DNA of 64,000 nucleotides from Gemmatimonadaceae bacterium (GCA_030647905.1 JAUSJA010000037.1:12030-76029); one strand, 5' to 3'; shown: positions 1 through 10,386, counted from the first letter of the stretch. Program-made: numbers and translations. The notes: a model not told the origin generated them from the letters alone.

Positions 1-1
1 G

Positions 2-268
2 TCGGCGATCAAGCAGACCGCGGAAGGCAAATCGATCGTTTACAGGATCGCCGCCGGGACTCTCGATGCGGCGAACGTCGAGATTGGTGTCACCGACGAT
101 CGGGCGGGAATCGCGGAAGTCGTATCCGGCCTCTCTGTCGGCGATAGCGTGGTATCGGGCAACGTCGGCACGCTCGGCAAGGGAATGAAGATTCAGGTCG
201 TGTCACCCAACGCCGGCAGGGCTCGCGGTTCCCCCGCGCCCGGTGCGCCGGCGCCACGCCAGCCCTGA
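2..268 (+). CDS. RND efflux periplasmic adaptor (membrane fusion protein), C-terminal part; 5' end lies outside the window
   Basis: Manual translation of frame 2 is open from base 2 to TGA 266-268 (…VEIGVTDDRAGIAEVVSGLSVGDSVV…), typical of an MFP C-terminus. It lies directly upstream of an RND permease. Confidence 0.8.
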   Translation, partial: SAIKQTAEGKSIVYRIAAGTLDAANVEIGVTDDRAGIAEVVSGLSVGDSVVSGNVGTLGKGMKIQVVSPNAGRARGSPAPGAPAPRQP

Positions 269-274
269 GCGATC

Positions 275-3200
275 ATGTTTCTCTCAGACGTATCGATCAA
301 GCGCCCGGTCTTCGCGACCATGATGATGCTGGCACTCGTCGTCCTCGGCGTGGTGTCGTTCAACCGGCTCGCGATAGACGAGTATCCGGACATCACGTAT
401 CCGATCGTCATCGCCCAGACGACGTATCCGGGGGCGTCGCCCGAAGTGATGGAGCGCGATATCTCACGTCCGATCGAGGAGGCGCTGAACACCGTTCAGG
501 GCCTGAAGGAGATCACTTCCACTTCGCTCAACGGTGTTTCGCTCGTCCGCGTTCAGCTCAATCTTGGCGTGGATGTGCTCGCTGCCCAGCAGGATGTCCA
601 GTCGAAGGTCGCGCGCATCCGGCGCCAGCTTCCGCCGGAGATCGACGAGCCCGTCATCAGCCACTTCGATCCGAACGACCGGCCGATCATGTCGATTGCG
701 ATGCAGAGCAGCGAGCGGCCGCTCCGCGAGCTTACGAGCATCGCAGACGAGATCGTGTCGCCAAGGCTTCAGGCGATCGCCGGGGTCGGCGGAATCAACA
801 CCGCCGGAAGCGAGGTGCGTCAGATCCGCATCGAGCTCAATCCGGACGCGATGCGGTCGTACGGCATCGCGGTCCCGCAGATAATGACGGCGCTGCAACG
901 AGAGAATCAGGAGGTGCCCGCGGGACGAGTGACGCGCGGACCGACCGAGCAGCTCATCCGCATCACTGGCCGCATCGTCCAGCCGGCGGCTTTCGCCAAC
1001 ATAGTGGTCGCCGTGCGGCAGGGCGTGCCAGTGCGGCTGGGCGACCTAGCGAGAGTGGTGGATGGAGCGGCGGACAAGCGCAGCGCCGCGCTGCTCGACG
1101 ACACGCCCGCGCTTGCGCTCGACATTCTCAAGATCTCCGGCTCGAACACCGTCGAGGTGGCGGATTCGGTGCGCGCCGAAACCGCCGCCCTGGTGAAGAT
1201 CCTGCCAGCCGACGTCAAGCTGAAAGTGATTCGTGACGATTCGCGCCGGATCCGTGATTCACTGTCCGACGTCGAGCTGACGATCATACTCGGCGCGGTT
1301 CTCACCATCGCGATCATCTACCTGTTCCTGAATTCCTGGCGGTCCACGATCATCACCGGACTCACGCTCCCGGTGAGCATCATTTCGGCCTTCTTCATCA
1401 TGTGGGTGTTCGGCTTCACCGTGAACACCATGACGCTGCTCGCGCTGTCGTTGGCGATCGGTCTTCTGATAGACGACGCGATCGTGGTGCGCGAGAACAT
1501 CGTGCGGCACGTGCACATGGGGAAGGATCACATCCGCGCTGCGAAGGAAGGAACGGACGAGATCGGTCTGGCGGTGTTCTCGACGAGTCTCGCCGTCGTC
1601 GCGGTGTTCATCCCCGTCGCGTTCATGGGCGGGATGATCGGCCGCATCTTCTTCCAGTTCGGCGTCACCGTGGCGTTTGCCGTGCTCGTGTCGCTGTTCG
1701 TGTCGTTCACGCTCGATCCCATGCTCTCGAGCGTCTGGCCCGACCCGGATCACGAGGTCGGACCTGACGGAAAGCCCGCGGGACGGATGAACCCCATCAG
1801 ACGCGTAGGCCTCGCCTTCGACGGATGGTTCGAGCGCACCGCCGACAAGTACCCGGCGAAGCTCGACTGGGCGCTGAAGCATCGCCTCATCGTCATGGCC
1901 GGCGCCGTGGGCTCGATCGTCGCCGCGGGATTGATCTATCCGCATCTCGGATTCACCTGGCTTCCGGACGTGGACACGGGGGAGTTCAATGTGCAGATGC
2001 GAACGCCGCCAGGCTCGAGCCTCGCCTACACCGTCGCCAAGGCTCAGGAGGTGAGTCATTTCCTCCGCAGGTTGCCAGAGGTGGAATTCACCTACACGAC
2101 TATCGGCGGTGGATTCCGCGGCAGTCCGAATTCGGGCGGTATCTACGTAAAGTTGAAACCGCGCAAAGAGAGGAAGCGCGACCTTTTCGCGATCCAGACA
2201 GACCTTCGCGGAGAGCTCAGAAGAATGCCGGGAGTGCGTCCGGTGATCAGCGGTTCGTCGTCAATCTTCGGCGGTTTCCGCCAGCCTATCGTCGTCAACG
2301 TTCAGGGTCCCGAGGAAACTCGTCTCAAGGTCGCAGCCGGTCAGGTGCTCGAGAAGGTGAGGTCCACTCCCGGGGTGGCGGAGCCCAACTCGAGCGACGA
2401 GGGCCAGATCCCGCAGCTCGACGTGAATGTGGACCGGCAGCAGGCGTGGGCGGCTGGACTCGGGATCAACAGCATCGCAACTACTTTGCAACCGATTTTT
2501 TCGGGGCAGCGCGCGACACGCTGGGAAGACGAGCTTGGATTCTCCCACGACGTCGTCGTGGTGTATCCCGACTCGCTGCGGACGAACGCATCCGACGTCG
2601 CGGATCTCATTATCCCGACGGGAGCGACGGATCCGGCCACAGGGCAGCCGGCGATGGTGCCGCTGAGCCAGGTGGCGGAGGTGAAGCAGAGCCTCGCGCC
2701 GCAGCAGATCGACCGGCGCAGCCTGGAGCGCCAGGTGTCTATATCAGCAGGCGTGCTTCCGGGATTCTCGATGGGCTCCGTCGCCGGTGCGGTGAAGGCG
2801 GGTATTGATTCGCTCGGCCTCCCGGTAGGATATCACACCGTATTCGGCGGTGACGTGCAGAACCTGAACGAGACGAAGGGATACGTCCTCGCAGCGATGG
2901 GTCTCGCCGTCGTGTTCATATATCTGATTCTGGCGTCTCTGTTCGGATCGTTTTTTCAGCCGGTGGCGATCATGCTCGCGCTTCCGCTCAGCTTCATCGG
3001 CGTAGCGCTCGCGTTGCTCGTCACTGGAGGCAACATCAACGTCATGACGATGATCGGCATCATCATGCTGATGGGACTCGTGACGAAGAACGGCATTCTG
3101 CTTCTCGACTTCTCCAATCAGCAGAGGGCGAAGGGAACGGCGCGACACGAGTCGCTGCTCCAGTCCGGGCGCATTCGTCTGCGACCGATCATCATGACGA

Positions 3201-3466
3201 CTGTCGCCATGATCTTCGGCATGCTGCCGCTGGCGCTCGCCATCGGCGAGGGATCGGAGCAGCGTGCGCCGATGGCGCGAGCCGTGATCGGCGGACTGAT
3301 CACATCGACGATGCTCACCCTGTTCGTCGTACCTGTGATGTCCACGCTGCTCGAAGATGCAGTTGCGTGGGCGCGCACCGTGCCGGATGCGATGCGCCGG
3401 CCGCCAGCGCCCGAGCCCGTTGCTGCCATGCATCTCCGAATGGTCAAGGAGAGCGGAAAAGACTAG
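275..3466 (+). CDS. RND efflux transporter permease (AcrB/AcrD/AcrF family)
   Basis: 1063 aa; N-terminus MFLSDVSIKRPVFATM; motifs GLLIDDAIVVRENI, KNGILL, RLRPIIMTT; two large periplasmic loops. Confidence 0.95.
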   Translation: MFLSDVSIKRPVFATMMMLALVVLGVVSFNRLAIDEYPDITYPIVIAQTTYPGASPEVMERDISRPIEEALNTVQGLKEITSTSLNGVSLVRVQLNLGVDVLAAQQDVQSKVARIRRQLPPEIDEPVISHFDPNDRPIMSIAMQSSERPLRELTSIADEIVSPRLQAIAGVGGINTAGSEVRQIRIELNPDAMRSYGIAVPQIMTALQRENQEVPAGRVTRGPTEQLIRITGRIVQPAAFANIVVAVRQGVPVRLGDLARVVDGAADKRSAALLDDTPALALDILKISGSNTVEVADSVRAETAALVKILPADVKLKVIRDDSRRIRDSLSDVELTIILGAVLTIAIIYLFLNSWRSTIITGLTLPVSIISAFFIMWVFGFTVNTMTLLALSLAIGLLIDDAIVVRENIVRHVHMGKDHIRAAKEGTDEIGLAVFSTSLAVVAVFIPVAFMGGMIGRIFFQFGVTVAFAVLVSLFVSFTLDPMLSSVWPDPDHEVGPDGKPAGRMNPIRRVGLAFDGWFERTADKYPAKLDWALKHRLIVMAGAVGSIVAAGLIYPHLGFTWLPDVDTGEFNVQMRTPPGSSLAYTVAKAQEVSHFLRRLPEVEFTYTTIGGGFRGSPNSGGIYVKLKPRKERKRDLFAIQTDLRGELRRMPGVRPVISGSSSIFGGFRQPIVVNVQGPEETRLKVAAGQVLEKVRSTPGVAEPNSSDEGQIPQLDVNVDRQQAWAAGLGINSIATTLQPIFSGQRATRWEDELGFSHDVVVVYPDSLRTNASDVADLIIPTGATDPATGQPAMVPLSQVAEVKQSLAPQQIDRRSLERQVSISAGVLPGFSMGSVAGAVKAGIDSLGLPVGYHTVFGGDVQNLNETKGYVLAAMGLAVVFIYLILASLFGSFFQPVAIMLALPLSFIGVALALLVTGGNINVMTMIGIIMLMGLVTKNGILLLDFSNQQRAKGTARHESLLQSGRIRLRPIIMTTVAMIFGMLPLALAIGEGSEQRAPMARAVIGGLITSTMLTLFVVPVMSTLLEDAVAWARTVPDAMRRPPAPEPVAAMHLRMVKESGKD

Positions 3467-3561
3467 CCGTGGTCCGCTGTCGTTGACGCGAATCACTGGC
3501 TGGCGGCTCTCTATCCTCTATTGTATTGTTGGACTTCGTTCAGATCACTCAATGAGGGACG

Positions 3562-3687
3562 GTGGCGGAGCTTCTCGAAAAGCTGCGGGAAAGTCTTGCG
3601 GGCAGGTATGACGTAGAGCGCGAGCTGGGCGAGGGCGGAATGGCCACCGTCTTCCTTGCGCGCGACGTCAGGCACGGCCGGCGCGTG
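3562..3687 (+). pseudogene. 5' fragment of a Hanks-type Ser/Thr protein kinase
   Basis: GAGGGA SD then GTG; AELLEKLRESLAGRYDVERELGEGGMATVFLARDVRHGRRV contains the subdomain I GxGGMAxV loop. Similarity stops just before the expected AxK lysine, and the frame ends at 3768. Confidence 0.85.
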
Positions 3688-3688
3688 C

Positions 3689-4099
3689 AGGAACTGCGGC
3701 GGGCTGCTTCTGCAGGGGAATCTCCACGTCGAACCGGGCTCGGTCGCGCCGAACTACGGCATCTATGATGTGTCATGGATCTCGCTCCAGGACGGGCCGA
3801 CGATGAAGGAGGCGAGCTTTAAGCTTCGCGACACAGACAACAAGGTCATCGCGCAGGTAACCTACACCGTAAAATCGAACGTCAATAAGATTCTCTACAA
3901 CGGTCTTGATACCGGCATCCCTTGGGTTCAACACAAGCCGAACTCCATCAGGATCCGCGTGGATCTCAACTCCCCCCGCAACACGACGCTTTGGATTGAT
4001 GGGACAACTCCGGTTATGTCCAACGTTCCATTCAAGGAGTCGGTGTCGAACTTCTCGAACGTAGCCGCGGATTTCCTCGGCATCGACTCCGGCAACTGA
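3689..4099 (+). pseudogene. 3' fragment of an unrelated, probably secreted beta-rich protein (start missing)
   Basis: Open frame …GLLLQGNLHVEPGSVAPNYGIYDVSWISLQDG…AADFLGIDSGN* with no plausible own start or RBS. More AT-rich than its neighbours (26/60 GC in 3841-3900) and followed by a terminator. Confidence 0.6.
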
Positions 4100-4120
4100 C
4101 ACTGAATCTGTGACACATTG

Positions 4121-4149
4121 GAGGGGCTCCTCAGAGGGCCCCTCTTTTT
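4121..4149 (+). terminator. Rho-independent terminator
   Basis: GAGGGGCTC-ctcaga-GGGCCCCTC stem (one G-U pair) followed by TTTTT. Confidence 0.85.
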
Positions 4150-4161
4150 GTGCTTTCCAAG

Positions 4162-4190
4162 TTGCTGGCACGTCAGCGCAGATCTAACTT
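4162..4190 (+). promoter_or_regulatory. Putative sigma70 promoter of icd
   Basis: TTGCTG (4162-4167), 17-bp spacer, TAACTT (4185-4190), ending 33 bp before the icd ATG. Confidence 0.5.
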
Positions 4191-4223
4191 TCCCCCCAAA
4201 TCAAACTCAGACCGACATCCAGA

Positions 4224-5471
4224 ATGGCCGACTATAAACTCTCCACCGTCCCCCGGAACGGTGAGCCGATAACCTTCGCCGACGGAAAGCTTTCCGTCCC
4301 CTCGAACCCGATCGTTCCCTTCGTCGAAGGCGACGGCACCGGTCCCGATATCTGGCGCGCTGCCATACGTGTCTTCGACGCAGCTGTCGAAAAAGCGTAT
4401 GGAGGCGAAAGAAAGATCGAGTGGATGGAGGTCTACGCCGGCGAGAAGGCGTACAAGCAGTTCAACGACTGGCTCCCGCAGGAGACTCTCGACGCGATGG
4501 CGGAGTTTCGCGTGTCCATCAAGGGACCGCTGACCACCCCCGTCGGCGGTGGCATCCGCTCGCTGAACGTGACGCTGAGGCAGGTTCTCGATCTCTACGC
4601 CTGCATCCGCCCGGTGAGGTACTTCGAGGGTGTTGGCGCTCCGGTCAAGGAGCCGGAGAAAGTGAACATCGTGATCTTCCGCGAGAACTCGGAAGACGTG
4701 TACGCCGGCATCGAGTGGAAGGCGGGATCGCCGGAAGCGACGAAGCTGCGAAACTTTCTCCATTCGGAATTTGGCACTGAGATCCGCGAGAATTCGGCGA
4801 TCGGCATCAAGCCGATGTCGGAGTTCGGCTCGAAGCGGCTCGTCGAGATGGCCATCCAGTACGCGATCACCAAGGGCCGGGAATCCGTCACTCTCGTGCA
4901 CAAGGGCAACATCATGAAGTTCACTGAGGGAGCATTCCGTGACTGGGGCTACGAAGTGGCGAAGGAGAAATTCGGCCGATCCACTGTCACCGAAGCGGAT
5001 GTCGCGAAGGGAGGGCAGGGCTCTCACGCCGACGCGGTGATCGTCCGCGACCGCATCGCCGATTCAATGTTCCAGCAGCTCCTGCTTCGCCCGTCGGAGT
5101 ACTCGGTGATCGCTACGCCAAATCTGAACGGCGATTATCTCTCCGACGCGGCGGCGGCACAGGTTGGAGGACTCGGCATCGCGCCCGGCGGAAACGTCGG
5201 CGACGGCGTGGCAATATTCGAAGCGACGCACGGAACCGCGCCCAAGTACGCGAGCCTCGACAAGATCAACCCGGGCAGCGTCATCCTTTCGGGCGTGATG
5301 ATGCTCGAGTACATGGGATGGAACGAGGCCGCCGCGCTGATCGTAAAGGGCGTGGAGAACGCGATCAAGGCAAAGCGCGTCACGTACGATCTCGCTCGCC
5401 AGATGCCTGGCGCGACGGAGGTGTCCACGTCCGCGTTCGGCAACGCGGTCATCGCTGGCATGAGCCAGTAG
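4224..5471 (+). CDS. icd: NADP-dependent isocitrate dehydrogenase (E. coli type)
   Basis: Motifs [59 protein letters not shown]. Confidence 0.97.
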   Translation: MADYKLSTVPRNGEPITFADGKLSVPSNPIVPFVEGDGTGPDIWRAAIRVFDAAVEKAYGGERKIEWMEVYAGEKAYKQFNDWLPQETLDAMAEFRVSIKGPLTTPVGGGIRSLNVTLRQVLDLYACIRPVRYFEGVGAPVKEPEKVNIVIFRENSEDVYAGIEWKAGSPEATKLRNFLHSEFGTEIRENSAIGIKPMSEFGSKRLVEMAIQYAITKGRESVTLVHKGNIMKFTEGAFRDWGYEVAKEKFGRSTVTEADVAKGGQGSHADAVIVRDRIADSMFQQLLLRPSEYSVIATPNLNGDYLSDAAAAQVGGLGIAPGGNVGDGVAIFEATHGTAPKYASLDKINPGSVILSGVMMLEYMGWNEAAALIVKGVENAIKAKRVTYDLARQMPGATEVSTSAFGNAVIAGMSQ

Positions 5472-6950
5472 ATGCCCGCAACCATCTCGCTCAATCCGGT
5501 CGCGGTCCAGGGATACAAAGGCTCCCTCCTCGCGCTCACACTCTCCGACGGTTCAGCGTTTCCGTCATCGCTTACCGAGTTGGACGGCGCGCTCGGCGGA
5601 GCGATCAAACGTGCGCTCGACAGCCGCGATTTCCGCGGTGCGAAGGACGAGCTCTTACATCTGAGCGGAACCGGGGAGGGCGTGCGCCGCGTCGTGCTCA
5701 TCGGATTGGGCAAGGTCACCGATCGCCCGGGATCTCTGCGTCGCGCAGCCACGATCGCCGCGAGACAGGCGGCGAAGCTCGGCGGCGGAGACATTGGCGT
5801 ATTCGCCGGCGATATCAGCGAATCCGAGACTGAAGCGATCGCGATCGGCCTGATCGCCGGCTCCTGGGAGTACAAGGATCTGAAGACCGCCCCTCCAGAG
5901 GAAGAACGCCGCAGCCCGGTGGGAAACGCGACGATCCTCACTCCGGAAACCGACGGTGCGAAACGCGGCCTCGCATCGGGGCAGGCAATCGGTGCAGGAC
6001 AGTCGCTCGCTCGCACGCTGGCAATGATGCCGGGAAATCTTTGCACGCCCGATTTTCTCGCGAAGACTGCGCAGGATATCGCTGGCCGCCACGGCATGAA
6101 GGTCACGATACTCGGGCGCAAGGAAATGGAAGCCGAAGGGATGGGATCGTTCCTTTCCGTGGCGCAGGGAACGCCAGAGGACCCGAAGCTCATCGCCATC
6201 GAATATTCCGGCGGAGCAATAGGCCAGAAACCGGTGACGCTTGTCGGAAAGGGGCTTTGCTTCGACAGCGGCGGCATCTCGATCAAGCCGGCGCAGTCCA
6301 TGGAAGACATGAAGTTCGACATGTGCGGAGCTGCCGGAGTGCTCGGCGCATTCGAGGCGATCGGCCGGATGAAGCTGCCGATCAACGTCGTGGGTCTCAT
6401 CGGCGCGACGACCAACATGCCATCGGGCACTGCGGCGAATCCCGGCGACGTAGTGAAGAGCCACCTCGGCAAGTACATCGAGATCATCAACACCGACGCG
6501 GAAGGCCGGATGGTCCTCGCCGACGTGCTCTCGTACGCTCGCCGCTTCGATCCCGCCGTCGTTGTGGACGCCGCGACACTCACAGGAGCGTGCGTCATCG
6601 CGCTCGGTCACACGGCTACCGGAGTGTTCAGCGCCGACGATGCGCTCGTGTCTGAGATCATCGCGGCCGGGAAGCGGGCCGGAGAACCGGGATGGTCCCT
6701 CCCGCTCTGGGACGAGTATCGCGAGCTGATCAAATCCGACGTCGCGGACATCAAGAACAGTGGCGGACGCCCCGCTGGCGCCGTCACCGCCGCGATGTTC
6801 CTCAAGGAATTCACGGAGAGTTATCCGTGGATTCACCTCGACATCGCCGGTACTGCCTACTCGGAGACCGATCTCGGCGTCATTCCAAAGGGTCCGACCG
6901 GAGTTCCGACGGGGACCTTCATCGAGTTTGTGCGGGGAAGGTTGAGCTGA
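5472..6950 (+). CDS. pepA: Leucyl aminopeptidase (M17)
   Basis: Metal-binding motifs VGKGLCFDSGGISIK, MKFDMCG, NTDAEGRMVLAD. Confidence 0.95.
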   Translation: MPATISLNPVAVQGYKGSLLALTLSDGSAFPSSLTELDGALGGAIKRALDSRDFRGAKDELLHLSGTGEGVRRVVLIGLGKVTDRPGSLRRAATIAARQAAKLGGGDIGVFAGDISESETEAIAIGLIAGSWEYKDLKTAPPEEERRSPVGNATILTPETDGAKRGLASGQAIGAGQSLARTLAMMPGNLCTPDFLAKTAQDIAGRHGMKVTILGRKEMEAEGMGSFLSVAQGTPEDPKLIAIEYSGGAIGQKPVTLVGKGLCFDSGGISIKPAQSMEDMKFDMCGAAGVLGAFEAIGRMKLPINVVGLIGATTNMPSGTAANPGDVVKSHLGKYIEIINTDAEGRMVLADVLSYARRFDPAVVVDAATLTGACVIALGHTATGVFSADDALVSEIIAAGKRAGEPGWSLPLWDEYRELIKSDVADIKNSGGRPAGAVTAAMFLKEFTESYPWIHLDIAGTAYSETDLGVIPKGPTGVPTGTFIEFVRGRLS

Positions 6951-6967
6951 GTGACGGAGCCCCGCGA

Positions 6968-8827
6968 ATGATCCATCGCGCGCGCCTCGGCTTCGCGGTC
7001 GGGGCGTTTTTCTTGGCTCTTCCGCTTGGCGCGTTTGCACAGATCGTGGTCCCTCCGGCGACCGAAGTGCCGATTCCCGCGAAGCCGAGCACCGACAGCA
7101 CGAAGGCGAAGGCCGACACAATCAAGGCGAAGGCGGACACGATCAAGGCGCCGTTCGGCAGATCGTTCGCGCCGCGCACGGCCGACATCGGGCCGCAGTA
7201 CAACTGGAATCGCGAGGAGCTGTTCGCCAGCGGCGCGTACACGGTCGCCGATCTGCTCGAGCGAGTTCCCGGCGCGACTTCGTTCCGCAGCGGCTGGCTC
7301 GCATCTCCGAAGTTCGTCGCCATGAATGGAGACCTCAATCGCATCAAGGTTTTTTACGACGGCATCGAGCTCGACAATCTCGATCCGCGCACCGGGTCCG
7401 CGCTCGATCTCACCACCGTAGAGCTGTGGACCCTGGAGAACGTGTCCATCGAGCGGTTCGCCAACGATCTGAGAGTCCATCTCCGAAGCTGGCGTGTTGA
7501 CAAGACCGATCCGTACACCCGCACCGACGTTTACACCGGTGACGAAGAGACGAATATCTATCGCGGCTACTACGGCAAGCGCTTTGGAAGCGGTGCCGGG
7601 CTGCAGCTCGCCGGACAGCAGTTCAGCACCAGGTCGGCGCGACTGGGCGGAGGCGGCGACGCGCTTTCGTTCATGGCCCGCGTCGGCATTGCCCGGAAGA
7701 TGTGGAGCGTTGACGCATTTGCCGAACGGCGAAACGCGTCGCGCGTGACTCAGCCAACTTTCGGTGAGGGATTGTCCCTGCAGCCGTTCGAAGGGACGCA
7801 CACGCTCGCGTACATCCGCGCCGGAATAGGCAATCCCGCCGGTGGCCCGTGGTTACAGGCAATCGCGGCAAACATGCGCCTCGCGGAATCGAGCCCGAAG
7901 GAGTCTGCAGCGGAAGCAGCGAGCCGACGCATCCTTCCCGACACCGCCGACACCACCACGAAGCGCATCCAGTATCTGCTCTCCGCCGGCTTCGCGCGCG
8001 GCGCATTGCGCACGTCGGTGACCGATCGCGTGCGCGCATTCGACGGCGACGTGAACCACACGCCAAGCGCCCGGTTCGAGCTCGCCAACAATCTCGGACT
8101 CATCGGCTTGTTCGGCGAAAGAAGCAACGCCAGCAGGCGGAAGAGAGGTGACGCTGTCGTGCGGTTCACTCCGCTTTCGTTCCTCGCGCTCGCCGGCGCA
8201 ATGTCAGTTGACATCCCCGACGAGCAGGGCAGTGTGCAACCAGGCGATTCGACGAGCGCCATCTCCAGACAGCCCCCGCGCACAACGTCGGCACGCGTCG
8301 AGGCGGGAGTCCGGCTTGGCGGAACGTGGCTGCTTGGCGGCTTCATCACGCGCGACACGGCAGTACTCGCCCCGCCGATGGTATTCGATACGGCATACGC
8401 GTATCGCTTTGTCGGACGGCGGCAGGGACTCTATGCCGGCCTCAGGGGCCGCGTCTTCGGCGACCTCAACATGGATGTCCTGGCAACCCGCTGGGATTCG
8501 GCCGGATTCTACCAGCCGCGCTACCAGGCGCGCTCCGAGGTGAATCTCGCAACGAGGTGGCTGTCCCGGTTCCCCAGCGGCAACTTCGGACTGAAAGCCG
8601 CGGTGATCCACGACTACAGGAGCGACGTGTCGTTTTCCACCGCCGCCGGGGTTCGCAGAACCAACTCCAGCGGAATATTCTCCGCACTCCTCGAGATCCG
8701 GATTCTTCGCGGGGTCGCCAGCTATCAGGTGCACAACATGAGCGGCGACCTGTATCAGATCGTCCCGGACTTCTACATGCCGCGATCGCTTGGGGTATAC
8801 GGTATCCGCTGGGAGTTCTGGAATTGA
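6968..8827 (+). CDS. Outer-membrane plug + beta-barrel protein (TonB-dependent-receptor-like / putative porin)
   Basis: Signal peptide (MIHRARLGFAVGAFFLALPLGAFA-Q); plug-like segment TVADLLERVPG…VFYDGIELD; C-terminus GIRWEFWN ends in an aromatic beta-signal. Start moved from ORF-track 6692, which overlaps pepA, to ATG 6968. Confidence 0.65.
   Translation: MIHRARLGFAVGAFFLALPLGAFAQIVVPPATEVPIPAKPSTDSTKAKADTIKAKADTIKAPFGRSFAPRTADIGPQYNWNREELFASGAYTVADLLERVPGATSFRSGWLASPKFVAMNGDLNRIKVFYDGIELDNLDPRTGSALDLTTVELWTLENVSIERFANDLRVHLRSWRVDKTDPYTRTDVYTGDEETNIYRGYYGKRFGSGAGLQLAGQQFSTRSARLGGGGDALSFMARVGIARKMWSVDAFAERRNASRVTQPTFGEGLSLQPFEGTHTLAYIRAGIGNPAGGPWLQAIAANMRLAESSPKESAAEAASRRILPDTADTTTKRIQYLLSAGFARGALRTSVTDRVRAFDGDVNHTPSARFELANNLGLIGLFGERSNASRRKRGDAVVRFTPLSFLALAGAMSVDIPDEQGSVQPGDSTSAISRQPPRTTSARVEAGVRLGGTWLLGGFITRDTAVLAPPMVFDTAYAYRFVGRRQGLYAGLRGRVFGDLNMDVLATRWDSAGFYQPRYQARSEVNLATRWLSRFPSGNFGLKAAVIHDYRSDVSFSTAAGVRRTNSSGIFSALLEIRILRGVASYQVHNMSGDLYQIVPDFYMPRSLGVYGIRWEFWN
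7103..7150 (+). repeat. Imperfect 21-nt in-frame tandem repeat (KAKADTI x2 + KA)
   Basis: AAGGCGAAGGCCGACACAATC / AAGGCGAAGGCGGACACGATC / AAGGCG in the N-terminal linker. Confidence 0.7.
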
Positions 8828-8851
8828 CAATCCCGTGCGAGCCCGTAGCTT
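8824..8851 (+). promoter_or_regulatory. Putative sigma70 promoter of the yicC-gmk-rpoZ cluster
   Basis: TTGACA (8824-8829, overlapping the upstream stop), 16-bp spacer, TAGCTT (8846-8851). Confidence 0.55.
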
Positions 8852-8863
8852 AGGCCTCCGCAT

Positions 8864-9739
8864 ATGATATCGAGCATGACCGGCTTCGGGTCCGCCGAGG
8901 GGAAGGTCGGCGCCTCCAGCGTCAGCGTCGAGATCCGCACGGTCAACCACCGCTTTTTTAATCCGAGCATCAAGCTCCCCGCTGCCTTCGGCAAGTGGGA
9001 GGGCGATGTGCGCGAGGTGCTGCGCCAGCGAATCGCGAGAGGGCACGTCGCCCTCACCGCGCGCGTGGAGCGTGAGCCGGGACGCGGTGCAGGGATCAAC
9101 GAACAGCGCTTCGGGGAGTACGTCGTGATCCTTCGCGGTCTGCAGGCCCGCCACGGCTTGGCCGACTCGCTCGATGCCGGCACCATCCTCGGCCTTCCGG
9201 ACGTCGTGGACGCGCATGCCGAGGAGGTGGAGACAGGCGCCGTTGGCGAGTTGCTGGCAATTGTCGAGCAGGCGATCGGTGCCTTGCGGCAGATGCGGAG
9301 CGAGGAAGGCGGCCGTCTGGCGGTCTTCCTCCTCGAGCGCGTCTCGCTGGTCGAGGACGGGGTTCACCGGGTTCGCGATCGGGCGCCGATTCGCCTTTGC
9401 GAACAGGTGACCCGCCTCCGCAAGGCGGTTAAGGAGCTGGCCGCCGCGGCGAACGTGGATCAGCAGCGCCTCGCGCAGGAAGTGGCGATTCTTGCCGACA
9501 AGCTCGATATCGCCGAGGAGCTCGATCGCTTCGATTCGCATATCGGGTCGTTCAGGCAATCCGTGCGGGAGAGCGGCGAGGAGCCGGTGGGCAAGCGGCT
9601 TGGCTTCCTCCTCCAGGAGATGGTTCGCGAGGCCAACACCACCGGCAGCAAGGCCAACGATGCCACGATTTTCGCCGACGTAGTGATGATCAAAGAAGAG
9701 CTGGAGCGGATTCGAGAGCAGGTCGAGAACATCGAGTGA
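8864..9739 (+). CDS. yicC: YicC/YloC family endoribonuclease
   Basis: MISSMTGFG, SVEIRTVNHRFF, GKRLGFLLQEMVREANTTGSK, IREQVENIE; canonical position before gmk. Confidence 0.93.
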   Translation: MISSMTGFGSAEGKVGASSVSVEIRTVNHRFFNPSIKLPAAFGKWEGDVREVLRQRIARGHVALTARVEREPGRGAGINEQRFGEYVVILRGLQARHGLADSLDAGTILGLPDVVDAHAEEVETGAVGELLAIVEQAIGALRQMRSEEGGRLAVFLLERVSLVEDGVHRVRDRAPIRLCEQVTRLRKAVKELAAAANVDQQRLAQEVAILADKLDIAEELDRFDSHIGSFRQSVRESGEEPVGKRLGFLLQEMVREANTTGSKANDATIFADVVMIKEELERIREQVENIE

Positions 9740-10380
9740 GCCCTTTCCCGCTCATCCTTTCGTCGCCTTCGGGCGCTGGAAAGACGACGATTGCGAGGGA
9801 ACTGGTCAAGCGACGCACCGACCTCGGCTATTCCGTATCTTGTACCACCCGGCCGACCAGGCAGGGGGAGGTCGAGGGTCGCGATTACTACTTCCTGACC
9901 GCGCCGGAGTTCGAGATCGCGCGGGAGCGGGGCGAATTCGCAGAATCGGCCGAAGTCCATGGCTATCTTTATGGTACGCTGAGACGGGAGGTGGACCGGG
10001 TACTGGCATCGGGCCGCCACGTCGTGATGGACATTGACGTCCAGGGAGCGCGCCACTTGGCCGCCGCGTATCCCAGTTCGGTGCTGGTCTTCGTCCTGCC
10101 GCCGGACGCCGGAACGCTGCTGGCGCGACTGCGGGGCCGAGGCACCGAAAGCGCGGATTCGTTCTCCAGGCGGCTTCGGAGCGCCGTCGCGGAGCTTAGA
10201 GCCGTGGACTCGTATGGTTATGTTGTAGTGAACGCCGATCTCGATCACGCGGTTTCGTCTGTGTCCGGGATCCTCGACGCCGAATCGAACCGGCTCGCTC
10301 GAATTGACGGAATCCACGCCCTTGTCGGGGCGATGGTGACCGATCTGGAGAGCGAGCTCGCAAAACTGAACAGGAGCTAG
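9736..10380 (+). CDS. gmk: Guanylate kinase
   Basis: P-loop SSPSGAGKTT; SVSCTTRPTRQGEVEGRDYYF. Confidence 0.95.
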   Translation: MSPFPLILSSPSGAGKTTIARELVKRRTDLGYSVSCTTRPTRQGEVEGRDYYFLTAPEFEIARERGEFAESAEVHGYLYGTLRREVDRVLASGRHVVMDIDVQGARHLAAAYPSSVLVFVLPPDAGTLLARLRGRGTESADSFSRRLRSAVAELRAVDSYGYVVVNADLDHAVSSVSGILDAESNRLARIDGIHALVGAMVTDLESELAKLNRS

Positions 10381-10386
10381 AGAGAC

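Noticed and set aside
3656-4099. Standalone 147-aa gene, or programmed frameshift joining it to the kinase
   Set aside because: The ORF-track start lies inside the kinase fragment with no RBS; no slippery sequence is visible at the junction, and the downstream part has no kinase motifs.
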